Below, piece after piece: positions 23,358 through 35,009 of a stretch of 64,000 nucleotides of DNA. A program made the position numbers and the translations under genes. Every line of letters starts with the position of its first letter. The stretch's first letter is position 1. Below the pieces are notes generated by a model. The model searched no databases and was not told the DNA's origin. It saw only the letters and a program-made list of their open reading frames with translations. The DNA comes from Selaginella moellendorffii (taxonomy: Eukaryota; Plantae; Lycopodiophyta): NCBI RefSeq assembly GCF_000143415.4, contig NW_003314341.1, positions 167,869 to 231,868 on the forward strand, given 5' to 3'.

Positions 23358-23645
23358 ATGCTTTATTTCGTTAAAGTGGGACTTTTCATTATCCCACTTA
23401 TGGTGTGTGGCCACATGCCATTTTTATAACAACAATAAAAAATTGAAGTTTTAGCTTTATAATTTATAAATTAAAAACTTTTCATATGATTTTGTGTTAT
23501 AATATTGTGAAATATAAAAAAATAAATTAAAAAACTGATAGAAATATTAATAAATATTAATTAAGTACTAGGAAATGGCATGTGGACACATGCTAATTAA
23601 TGTCCCACTTTACTGAATAAGTCCCACTTTAACGAAATAAAGCAT
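23358..23645. mobile_element. 288-bp MITE
   Basis: 27-bp perfect TIR ATGCTTTATTTCGTTAAAGTGGGACTT; 4-bp TSD TTCT; AT-rich core; removal restores B2 pol (GYAERNG). Confidence 0.9.
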
Positions 23646-25491
23646 TTCTGCATAGCCCATTTTCTCTTCTATTGGCAGCTCACCTCTTTGGTGAGCTTCC
23701 CGTGCCTCTAGATTCCTCAGCAACACTTCTTGTGCTAGACCATTGTTCTTATATGTTGTCCGCACATCATCCCAAAAGGTTGTTGTCGCATTGGATATCG
23801 CTAACTTCAAGCTTGCCTTTCAACTTAGCGCATCCGCCACGATGTTGCTCTTCCCAGGCTTGTACAGAATCTCACAATCAAATTTGGCCAAAGCATTGGC
23901 CCACCGACCTTGTTTCCCTCTCAGGTCGGGCTGTGACAAGAAGTGTTTCGTTGCCATATTGTCTGTGTAAACCTTGAAGTGTCTCCCAAGGTAGTGTCGC
24001 TACTCCTTGAGCGCCTTAACCACTGCAAACAATTTCTTCTCATAGGCAGGCCACTTCTGTTGAACCTTGTCCAACTTCTTCGAGAAGAACGCTACTGGAT
24101 GTTTGTCTTGCTTCAAAATTGTGCCTAATGCAAAGTCCGAAGTATCCATTTCTACCTCAAAGTCCTTACCAAAGTTTGGTAACACCAACACAAGAGCCTT
24201 CCACAACTTCCTTTTGAGGTGGACAAATGCCGCCTTGCATTCTGCTGTCCATACCATTTTCCCTTTTCCTGTTTGGTGCATTAAGGGTAGGGCTACTCTC
24301 GAATAGTGTCTAATAAACTTTCGGTAGTAGTTGCATAGCCCCAAGAACACCCTCAACTCATGTACATTCGTTGGTCGCTCCCATTCCTGGATCGCTTGGA
24401 CCTTCTCTGGGTCCACCTTGAGCCCATCCTGGCCCACCACATGCCCGAGAAACTTTACCTCTTGTTGAGCAAAGTCACATTTTCTCTCTTTAGCATACAG
24501 TTTGTGTTCCTTTAGTTTCTCAAACACCTTCGATAAATGTTCGGCATGCTCCTCTAGTGTCTCGCTATAGATCAGGATGTCGTCGATATAGACGACCACA
24601 AAGTGATCCAAATAGGGTACAAAGATATGGTTCATCAACGCCGAAAACGTTGCCGGCGCATTGCACAGCCCAAAGGGCATCACCAAAAACTCAAAGCTCC
24701 CATACCTAGTTCGACAGGTTCTCTTCTCGACATCTTCCTCTGCTACCCTGATCTGGTAGTATCCTGACCTCAGGTCAATCCTCAAGAAGTATTTTGCCTT
24801 TCCCAACCTATCGAACAGGTCCTCAATCCTTGGTAAAGAGTACTTGTTCTTCTTTGTATACTTGTTGAGCAACCGGTAGTCTATACACATGCGCATAGAT
24901 CCATCTTTCTTTTTCACAAATAACACCAGCACCCCATACGGCAACTTGCTCAACCTAACATACCCTTTGTCCACCAACTCCTTTAGTTGGTGCTTGTCCA
25001 CCAAGCACCCATGTCAATAAGGATCTTAACAAAGCTACCTTCGAGCTTCCCTCGGAGGGCTAGTAGATGTCGTGAACGACTCTCTACCAAAGTTGCTTGT
25101 GTAATGAGTAACTTTGAGTTAGGGACTGGATCATGTACCTCAATTTGGATTTCACCCGACTTAATGGCCATATTGGCTCTGGCCTTCTTCGGGTAGGGAT
25201 ATTCCCTCGAAAAGTGTCCCGCTTTGCCGCAGTTGTAGGATACGTTGTTTCCCACGCTCGAGGACCAATGAGTTGCAAGGTACTCAAGTGGGGCACCACT
25301 CCACATGAGCCGGGAACACAAGCCTGACTAGAACTTGTGCCAGGCATGCCGGATTTTCAGCCTTCACATTTTTTTCGAGAGACTGAGAACTTGGTATTCA
25401 TACTGCACTCATTTGTTTCACAAACGTTATACTAAATTTACAATTTAAATTCTCGTTACTTGCTTCTCGTTACTTGCTTACTTCTCGTTCT

Positions 25492-28400
25492 CATGACTAA
25501 GGTGAGTGGGGACTTGTTACAAAGCATCCCAATTCCAGATCGTCTGTGGAAATGTCTTACGATGGACTTCATCACGGGACTCCCCCCAAGCGAGTTGTTC
25601 GATGCGATATTCATGGTGGTGGACCGATTTTTGAAGATGGCACATTTCATACCCACCACAACGGAAGTGGATGTGGAAGGTGTGGCGAAGCTGTTCGTCG
25701 AACAAGTGGTTTGAATGTGGGGAAGGCCAGAAGAGATTATCTCAGATCGAGATAAGATCTTCACTAGTAGGTTTTAGAGGACTCTCCTGGAATAGTATCG
25801 CACCAAGTTAAAATTCAGCACAGCCTATCACCAACAGATAGATATTGGGTATTAAGTCAAGTTCGATGGCACTAACACTTCTTAATAGACGGACAAACAG
25901 AAAGGGTGAATAGGCAGCTGGAAGATTATTTGCGATGCTATGTCTTGGGAGACCAGACCAATTGGGTAAGTCATTTGGGACTTGCGGAAATGTGTTATAA
26001 CAACTCACCACATTTGAGTATCAGGGTGAGTCCATGGGAAGTCATCAATGGGCGAGCTATTGAAGGTCCTATGGAACTCGGCGTGGCCGAGTATCATGGA
26101 GAGTTACCCGCAGTGGAGGCATTCACGGCGGAAAGACTCAACATTTGGAATCTAGTGAGGGATTCCTTGGAACGGGCTCAACAAATGCAAACCAAATACG
26201 TGAAGCAGAAGCGCCGCGATGTAGAGTTCCAAGCTGGGGAGAAGGTGTGGCTGAACACCAAGAACCTCAAACTATCAAGTGGGATTAGCCGAAAGTTGAC
26301 CCAAAGGTAAAAATGCATGTATTCCTATAAATGAATTGATCTTGAGTTCTTTAAGCAAGTTCATGGGGCCTTAGGAGATTGAGGCACGAATCGGTAAAGT
26401 GGCTTACCGTCTCCAACTTCTTCGAGAGATGGGGAAGATGCATCTAGTGTTCCACGTGAACTTACTCAATCTGTACTTTGAGGATCCGTTTCGCAAGGAC
26501 TAAGTAAGACCTTTACCTGAGGTTATCCAAGGGGAAGAGGAATACAAAATCGAGGCCATCCTCAATGTGCGTAAGAGCAAGATTTCCACACTGCGAAGCA
26601 ACATGGGAACCGGAGGAGAACCTAGCAAACGCACGAAATCTAATGGAGGAATTTCTGCAAGACAGAAATTTATGTACTTATGCAAAGTTCAATTAAAATA
26701 TCAATTTGTGAAGTTGAGCAATGGCATATGTTGGGACCCGAAGGCGTGCCGAAGGTAAGCTAATTAGTATGGGTTGGCTAGGTCGACCATGCGTAGAGAA
26801 CTATGCCCGACTCCCCGCGGGGATGTCGAATCCGTAGACGTATTCTACGGAGGTTGGGTTCGAGTCCCAACCCCCTAGAAAAACAAGGCTGGGTTCAAGT
26901 CCCAACCCCCTACTAGGGCATGGTGGGGTGAGGGGTATAGGGACACCTATATTCCGTTATCATGGTCTCTTGGCCGGGGAGGCTAACTTAAGCAACTGCT
27001 AAATGGGGGGATGCCGCCGGAGACATGGTCAACAAGTCGTAGGATAAAAAGAGACGTTCGATGTGGGCATCGAACTTCTTCTATGGGTAGTGGAGTTGTA
27101 AGGAACCAACTCCCCGAGGTGTTGTAGGTTAAAGGATCCCCAAAAGCATGACCAAAATAACAAAGAGTTCATCGGATGGGACCAAGTCGAAGATCGAGTC
27201 CAAGACCAACTATGAGACCGAGTTTGAGATAGAGTCCGGGATCGAGTTCAAGGCCAAATCAAAGACCGAGTTCAAGACTAAGTTCAAGACAGAGTTTGAG
27301 ATCCAAATCGGGTCTGAGACTGAGTCCGAGGTCAAGTCTAAAGTCAAGTCCGAGATCGGGTCCAAGATTGAGTCCGAGATCGAGTCCGAGACCGAATCCT
27401 AAGTCGGGTCCGAGACCGAGTCCGAATACTAATACGGGTCAAGGGGTGAAAGCCCAAAGCGTGCGTCTCCCCAAGGGGGGGGGGGGGGGGGGAGCTGCAA
27501 GGGGTTCCAAAAGTATAGTAGGGATAGTAAGGTCCAGGAATCAGTCTTGAAGGAACTCTCTAGTGGTGCTTCCAACCTGACTTGAGGTTGAGATTGGGGC
27601 CGAGGGGCCTTGGGTGGGAGTGAGCATGGACTCGGGTGGTGCCGGAGGGGCCACCCAAGGAAGTGCTCAAAAGCAGCTCCCACTCACCAAAAGGAAACCG
27701 ACTGAGGTGTTCCCAGCTCATGTGGAGTGGTGCCCCACTTGAGTACCTTGTGGCTCATTGATCCTCGCCCTTCCTAGGGGCTCGCCCTTCCTAGGGGCTT
27801 AGGCCTTCCCTTCGGGATGGAAGTCGGGGGGTAGAGGTACCCATACTAGGCCATTAGGCCACGGTGTTTTGCCCCGGCGTCCCGAAGTAAGTGTTGCATC
27901 CAAGGTTTGGGATTTAGAGGGTCTCATGATCAAGTCTTGTTGTACCAAGGGGTGTTAGGAACCTGGAGGCTTGGTGTGCTTGGTTGCTTGTGCCTGTGGG
28001 GAGTGTAGCTGAACCTTAAGTCCAATCTAACCCGAGGAGGGGGATTGGGAGAGACTTGGGAATCCGTGGATGGATTGCTAATGCTCCATTGCCCGTGCAG
28101 TGAGTAGCTGAAACCAAGTAGGACCAAGTAGGAGATGATACAATAGGCAGGAACCTTGGTGTGGGAACTTAGCAAAAGCCAAGGCAGTGTTGGTCGGATA
28201 AATGAGGTAAGCTGGCAAACTGGAAAGGAAAAATTTGTCGGTTACAATTTGGTATTGGAGCCTTTTCCTCAATTCTAGCGAAGGATAGAGGTGGATTGCT
28301 GGGAGATGGCAAAGGTAGGGCATAAACGAACCCAAGCGGCGACGGAACCTCAGCCAGAGTTGGAGCCTCCGGTCAAACAAGAGGCTATGGATGAGGAATC

Positions 28401-28597
28401 CTTGCATGAGGAGGACTCCAGTGAGGAAACTTCCAAATAGGAGTCCGGTGGCGAGGCTCGATCATTCAAGGCTTGATTGGACGTTCTAGAAGGACAATTG
28501 GCACAAACCAATGCCCTGCTGGAGACTCTCGTGCGCAAGTTAAAGCGTGACGAGAAGCGGAAGAAAAAGTGAAAGACTATTGATGCTAGTAGCGCAG
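25492..28597 (+). mobile_element. Family B copy B3: integrase/chromodomain remnant - LTR (27097-28246) - PBS - gag start
   Basis: Homologous to B1/B4; TATAGTAGGG at 27514-27523; PBS TGGTATTGGAGC 28250-28261; intron remnants 25842-25888 and 26307-26358. Confidence 0.9.
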
Positions 28598-28963
28598 TTA
28601 GTAAAGTTTAGATAGACTATTATAAATAGGTAGTTAGAGTTCTTTACACAGTCATACCTTTTTTAATGAAATAAAGAACATTGAGAGAGAGGGGGGTGAT
28701 ATGACTAGTTGACAGTAGCTACCCCATAACTAAAGATGTCACTATGCACACGAAATGCTAAAGATAGTCTGCCTATGCTGACCCAAACTCAAAGATCAAT
28801 AGATAAACCATATCAAAGTCAAAGACAAAATAGAATTCACTATCCAACAAAATTCAATAGCAAGTGTATCATTAAGAAAACTCAATAATAAAACTTAACT
28901 ACAGATAGTATATCAAACAACTTACAGAAAATAATTAAAGAATACAAAGTATCATTAACAGAT

Positions 28964-29720
28964 TGTAAGCAACCAAAGAGAACAATTTAAGAGACGGTCC
29001 ATGGGGTTCAAATATAGAGAGAAAGGGCTCATGAATAAGAGTGCACCCCCTTTTCCAATCGATTAATAGTCTTGGGATACTTGAGGTTAAGCGTCCTTCG
29101 GTTTGAATAGTATTGAGATGGGTGACCTCCCAGGAAGTCCAAACTCAAAAGCTTATATTTGGTATCAGAGGGGGTCTCGGGTCCGACTTTGTTGGTTAGC
29201 TTAGGGAAATCACACCACATGTTAATTGACATCTGGCTGGTCCAACTTGCTCCCACTGGGCTTACCCGAGGGGTAGGGTGTCAAGAGAGTGGGGCTCTCG
29301 GAAGAGTTGTGGCTTTTAGCTTCTGTTCATAAGGGCGTGAACTTGTAGGGAAGCGTGGTGGATTGTAAGTAACCAAAGAGAACGACTTGAGAGACGATCC
29401 ATGAGGTTCAAATATAAAGGGAAAGGGCCCATGAATAAAAGTGCACCCCCTTTTCCAATTGGTTAAGGGTCTTGAGATATTTGGGGTTAAGTGTCCTTAG
29501 GTTTGAATAGTACTAAGCTAGGTGACCTCCCGGGAAGTCCAAATTTAGGAGCTTACATTTGGTATTAGAGGGGTCTCGAGTCCGACTCTATTGGTTGGCT
29601 AAAGGAATCACACCACATGTTGATTGACATGAATAAGAGTGCACCCCTTTTTCCAATCGGTTAAGGGTCTTGGGATACTTGAGGTTAAGCATCCTTGGGT
29701 TTGAATAGTACTGGGCTGTA
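28964..29720 (+). mobile_element. Cassandra-type TRIM, complete unit 28964-29557 plus partial tandem unit
   Basis: 194-bp LTRs 28964-29157 and 29364-29557; PBS TGGTATCAGAG 29160-29170; PPT GGGAAGCGTGGTGGAT; 5S box A/IE/C homology at 29085-29140; second PBS after LTR2. Confidence 0.88.
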
Positions 29721-30044
29721 TCACCTGAAGGAAATAACATCATAATCTATCAAAATTAACTCGAGTAACAATCAACAAAACAAAATGAATATGATAAGAC
29801 TAACAAATACTTATTTATACCAATTATCTCACCAGCTAATCTGAATAGATCCTGGTCAATAATATGAAGGAACTCAAGTTGCTTAAGCAAGCATCAACAA
29901 CATCCTACTAATGTCTCAAACCTAAAAGACCAATCTAGAGCAAACCACAAAGAATATATGGCAAATGCAAAAAGCCATAAGTTATCAAAGTGAATAACTA
30001 ACTATTATGAAAGATCATCAATCACCTCATCAATAGAGAAATAC

Positions 30045-30347
30045 TATAAGTAACCAAAGGGAACGACTCGAAATACGATTCATATAGGTTCAAATATAAA
30101 GGGAAAGAGCCCATGAACAAAAGTGCACCCTTTTTTCCAATCGGGTAAGGGTCTTAGTATATTTGGGGTTAAGCGTATTTGGGTTTGAATAGTACTGGGC
30201 TAGGTGACTTTGCAGGAAGTCTAAACTCAGGAGTTTACATTTGGTATCAAAGAAGTCTCGGGTCCAACTCTATTGGTTGGATAAGGGAATCACACCACAT
30301 AATCACATCACACCACTCCTAGGAAGTCTAAACTCAGGAGTTTACAG
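30045..30347 (+). mobile_element. Degenerate Cassandra LTR + PBS + partial internal region
   Basis: Homologous to 29364-29620; LTR 30045-30239. Confidence 0.8.
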
Positions 30348-31259
30348 ATGCATAATCATCATTGAAGAAAGAATCCACCATTCCAAAGAACGATAGATCA
30401 TTCACCACCAAGTAAATCTCTTAATAAGAACAATCAATTATCCCAAGATGATAGTCATTAATTAGCAATGATTGATAGATGCAAATATTAACTTCAACAT
30501 CAAAGTCAATAAGCCGAAATACATTCCTCAAAAACTATTAACAAATGAAACAATGAGTATAAAATTTAAAGAACCAAAAGTTTGAAGAAGCTTATATCCA
30601 AGTCTTGCCTAATAATGATCATAAGTCTTACATGAACTAATTTCAATGTTGAAGAAGAAATCATGGTACAATCTATAATATCCTTCTCAACACATCCATA
30701 AACTAAACTTCATAATGCTAAAGCTAATGAAAAGCATATCTACGTCAATCTAAAAGCTAAGCATAACGAAGTTATACTCAATAAGTGATCACCAAACGAT
30801 TCTCCATGAATCCATCTATAACAAGATGTAACTCACTTCATAACAAGTATAAGAAGAATCATTAATAATCGATACATCTTCAACTCAATTCCAATAAGGA
30901 AGTAATAATTTTAATATCGATCACTAACTCTTCCTTTAGTAAAGCTAGTCTAGTTTATGATTAAATCACTTTTCAAGGAAAAGCCAAAGCTAAATCCCTA
31001 CTAAATAATCTCATCTAAAACACAACTAACTCAACTTGCTACTTAGTTTGTTTGAATGCCAACATAGTTGCTAATAGCAAATGTATGAATGCCAATAATA
31101 TAAAGCTACAACCAAATCATTAACAATATTTGCACTGAGATTAATGAAACTCAATATCAATGCTACGGAGAGATATTTCATTTCATTTAAATCTCAATAT
31201 CAATAATGTAAATGACAAGGCATCACTTTAATGCCATTAACACTAAAACAAAGTTAGAA

Positions 31260-31699
31260 GAAAGCAAGAGTGAATCCCATTTTGTAGATATGCCAAATTA
31301 GCAAATCTAGACATTTTTTATAAATAACAATTAGAACCAAACGGTACTAACACAAAATGCATGATAGTGAGGGTGTTTGGTAGACATGGTAATTTATTAT
31401 TTGGCAATATTGAGGGATTAATCTCAATATGAGAGGGTTTTTGCCAGGCAAGTGCAAGACAAAGCAAAAGAAAACTAAGAGCCAGACCGAGTATGCTTAG
31501 CAAAAAATACATAGGAGTTTCTACTTTATGTCCATTTGGCTAAATACAAATGCTAAGCCCAATTTACTAACACTTGAATAAAAGGGACTGATAAAGGGTT
31601 TACCAATACCGACTTTTTACTATTGTGGCAATAAGGAAATAATATCCGAAAGGACTAGTTAACAGGTAACTTTCGATACCCACAGTCATATTTGCGACA
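31260..31699 (-). mobile_element. Partial family C LTR (5' part)
   Basis: Reverse complement TGTCGCAAATATGACTGTGGGTATCGAAAGTTACCTG matches 20685 onward. Confidence 0.75.
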
Positions 31700-32898
31700 C
31701 TTTGTCTCATACTTCCTTATATTTCTTCCATTCCTTTGACTTTTATATCTCTTTGTCCCTTTTCTTCTAACTCTGTTTCCATCAGTTTTGTCTCCCCATT
31801 ACTTTCTCCTATGTTTTTGTTTTGTTCCTTTCTTCCCTTTTCTAATCCCTCATACAATCTTTGTATTGCAGTGGTTGGCTGGATCATGAAGGAGTATGCC
31901 GATCTCTTTGAATTTAACCTGTCATCTGAGGCTAAGATTGCCACATCATCCTATTCCAATTAGGGATGCTCATCTAATTAAGGTTCAAGTTCATTGTTGA
32001 TCACCTAAAAAGATCAAGATTTTACATGCAAATGTTAAGAAGATGTTGGAAAAGGGTGTTATTCGAGTCCTTAGGCATGTAAACTTCATCTTGTGACAAA
32101 GACTAATGAAAGTATTTGTTTCTACATTGACTATAGTTTATTAAATGAAGTGATGGTTCTGAATGTGTACTTTCTTCCTCATACTACTAATCTCTTGGAT
32201 TATCTAGGGAGAGGTTGTTGGTTCACCAAGTTAAATTTTGTTTTTGGGTACTGGCAAATACCGATAGCCAAAAAAAATTATTTTTAAGACTACTATTTGT
32301 ACACTGTTTGGTTTGTATGAGTTCTTAGTGATGCTATTTGGTTTGAACAATGCCCTAGTAACTTTCTAGCGTATGATGGACAAGGTTCTTTACAATATGC
32401 TAGAGGTGACTGCTAATTTCATCAATGATATCTTGATCTACTTAGAGGGGAGGTGGGAGGAACACATCTATGATGTTCGTAAGGTGTTGGATTGGTTACG
32501 GGTTAGTTTAAAGCTAAAGCAGTCGAAGTGCGTGTTTAGGTCTAAGGACACGACTTATCTTAATATTGTATTTCTCGTGAGGGTTTGCAAGTTAGTCCTA
32601 GCAAAGTTGTGGCTATTCTAAAATTCCCTACTCTGAAGTGTATAAATGATGTGTAGTGCTTATTAAGCAAGATGTAGTATTTCAGTTGTTTTGTTAATCA
32701 TCTTTCTAATTGCATTACACCATTGCAAGTGTTGCTGAAGTCATCAACATCATCTTTCATCTAGTCTGTAGATTGTGAATGGGCATTTATGGATCTTAAA
32801 GAGCTCTTTACAACTCCTCTAGTTTTAGCGTATCCTGACTACATTTGACCTTGCTTTTGATATCAATCTTAAAGGTGTGTTGATACAAGAGAGCCTAA

Positions 32899-34369
32899 TA
32901 TGAGATACAAACCCCTAAGCCCCAAAGTGGGGCTGAAAGGGTGCCATATAGTAATGGCCAAAGCGAAAGCCAAACAAGTGTAACATGTTTGGACTAAAAG
33001 CTCTGACTTGAAAAGTCGAGCGTGGGAGTGGAACTCCCAACGAAGGACTCGAGGAATGAGCTCGAAGTAAACAATAAGTGAGTCTCTAAAAAAGGGACAC
33101 AAGAGGACCAACAAGTGACATGTGGAAATGTCAAGATGGACTTGAGATAGAGTCCGAGATGGAGTTCGAGATGGAGTTTGAGATAGACCCGAGATGGAGT
33201 CCGAGATGGACCCGAGATAGAGTTTGAGATGTATCCGAGATGGAGTCTGAGATGGAGTCCGAGATGGAATTGAGACCGAGACCGAGACTAAGTCCAAAGT
33301 TGAGACCAAGATCGAGTCCGTTTCTAAGTCTGAGTCTAAGGCGGAGTCCAAATACTCATACAGGTTGTTGGGTGAAAGCCCAAAGCAATCATCCCCCAAG
33401 GGGGGGGGTTCCAAAAGTATGGAGCGTGTGTGTGGGGGTTAGACCCTAATGGAGCTAATTTGGCCAAGAAAGGCCAATGTGACCCAAGAATGGTATTCCT
33501 AAGTGTTGGGTGATGATATATCCACTGAAGAGTCCAAGGCTAAAGTGAATATAGACTGATAAGTGTGGTAGCTTGGAAAAGTGTTCAAGAGTTAGCTCTA
33601 GTTCTCTCAGAAGATCAAATGGTCAATACTCCCAGTCCAAGCATGGGTGGCACTACCTATTACCTACTTGGATAACTAGCATGGCTCAATGGAACCTGCT
33701 TTAGCCCCATAGCTAAAGCACCCAAAGGTAGAAGGTGGGAAGAGTACCCATGAGGCTCGCGTAGGGCCACGGTGTTTTGAAATGTTGTCCCAAAATCCCA
33801 GACTGTAAAAAGGAAGGGGAGAAGTCCTTTGATGTAGTGACCAAGGATATGGTCACATGGTGAGAAAATCCCAAAGGATAGTGGGACTTAATAGTTGGGC
33901 CTATGGGCCTTAATCCAGTGGCAATATTAGTGAACACAGTTATGGATAGAAAGGGACTTGGTAGGGACTGAAAAAGGGATATTAGGGAAGGCTATTTCCC
34001 ATGTCAGTGGGCATCCTAAGGATGTTAAAAAGTGGATCTGGGATGACCACTTATGGATGGAAGGCCCAATTTTTAAAAGATAGGACAGGGATGTAGGTGG
34101 TGTTGGACCACTAGTGTGGCAAAGGTGAATGGGCATGGCTTTAGCGTAACAGGCTGATATGTCAGTGGTACCATTGGGTGTCAGTCATGGGATTGGATAT
34201 ATGAATCACTTGGACCAAGTGCAAAGGTTGAATGGTAGGGATGCCATTCTTAGGGCTAGCAAGCCCCAAGTCTGGAATAGAACTTATGAAGGTTATGAGT
34301 CAGACTCTTCCAAGTGGTCGAAAGTATGGTTAAGTAACTAAAGTAGAATGGAAAATTTAGTCGCTTACA
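32899..34369 (+). mobile_element. Older, diverged family A solo LTR
   Basis: Collinear with 3423-5139; ends TCGCTTACA; 5-bp TSD CCTAA/CCTAG; decayed promoter block 33370-33420. Confidence 0.85.
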
Positions 34370-35009
34370 CCTAGTGTGCCTAATTAGCACCATCTTATTA
34401 TATATATTAGCCGTACATTAAAACCTATGGAGATGAACTACTCCACGACAAAGAAGGAGTGTTTAGTAGCAATTTGGGGTTTCATGAAAAACTTTATGCA
34501 TATTTACATGGTTCTCGAACGTTACTAAAAGGTCATCATGTTGTAATTACTTAATGGTTGTATTGCTTAGTAGGCTTTAAAGCTTCAAATATATAATTTT
34601 GATGTTGTTTATTGCTCTGGAAGATGGTGATGCCTTTTCTCGAGCTCCTCTTCCTTCTTCACTTTCTTTTCATATTTCTAATGAGCCTATGGTTCTAGCA
34701 TTTGTGGATTTTTTGGATGAAGATTCTATGTCATTAGTGGTTGCTATACTTGATATTTAAGTATGCAAGGCTTAAAAGATTGAGCCATGGATTTGAAGGC
34801 TCATCACTTGTTAATGACTTGCCATTTTAGCATTTACATTCTTAACATAACCTTGAGGATGGTCTTCTTTATTTTATAGGGATGGATCCTAATAATCATT
34901 TACAGCTGGTGGTCTCTTTGATCTTTATTCTATGCTTCCTCCATGCCTAAAAGGATTCTTCTATTTTAAGTGCACATATGGGACATCATCATGTGACCAA
35001 GAAGCTATG

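Larger units (their letters stand above)
19718..25320 (-). mobile_element. Family B copy B2 (minus strand, internally deleted); host of nested Cassandra, family C solo LTR and MITE insertions
   Basis: RT-RH ORF 24000-25004(-); integrase fragments 22600-23340; chromodomain 19988-20370; introns at 22739-22785 and 20370-20421; LTR fragment 25260-25320 fused to gag. Confidence 0.9.

Noticed and set aside
29085-29140. Functional 5S rRNA gene
   Set aside because: Only the internal control region is present, inside LTRs; no 5S 5' end or oligo-T terminator
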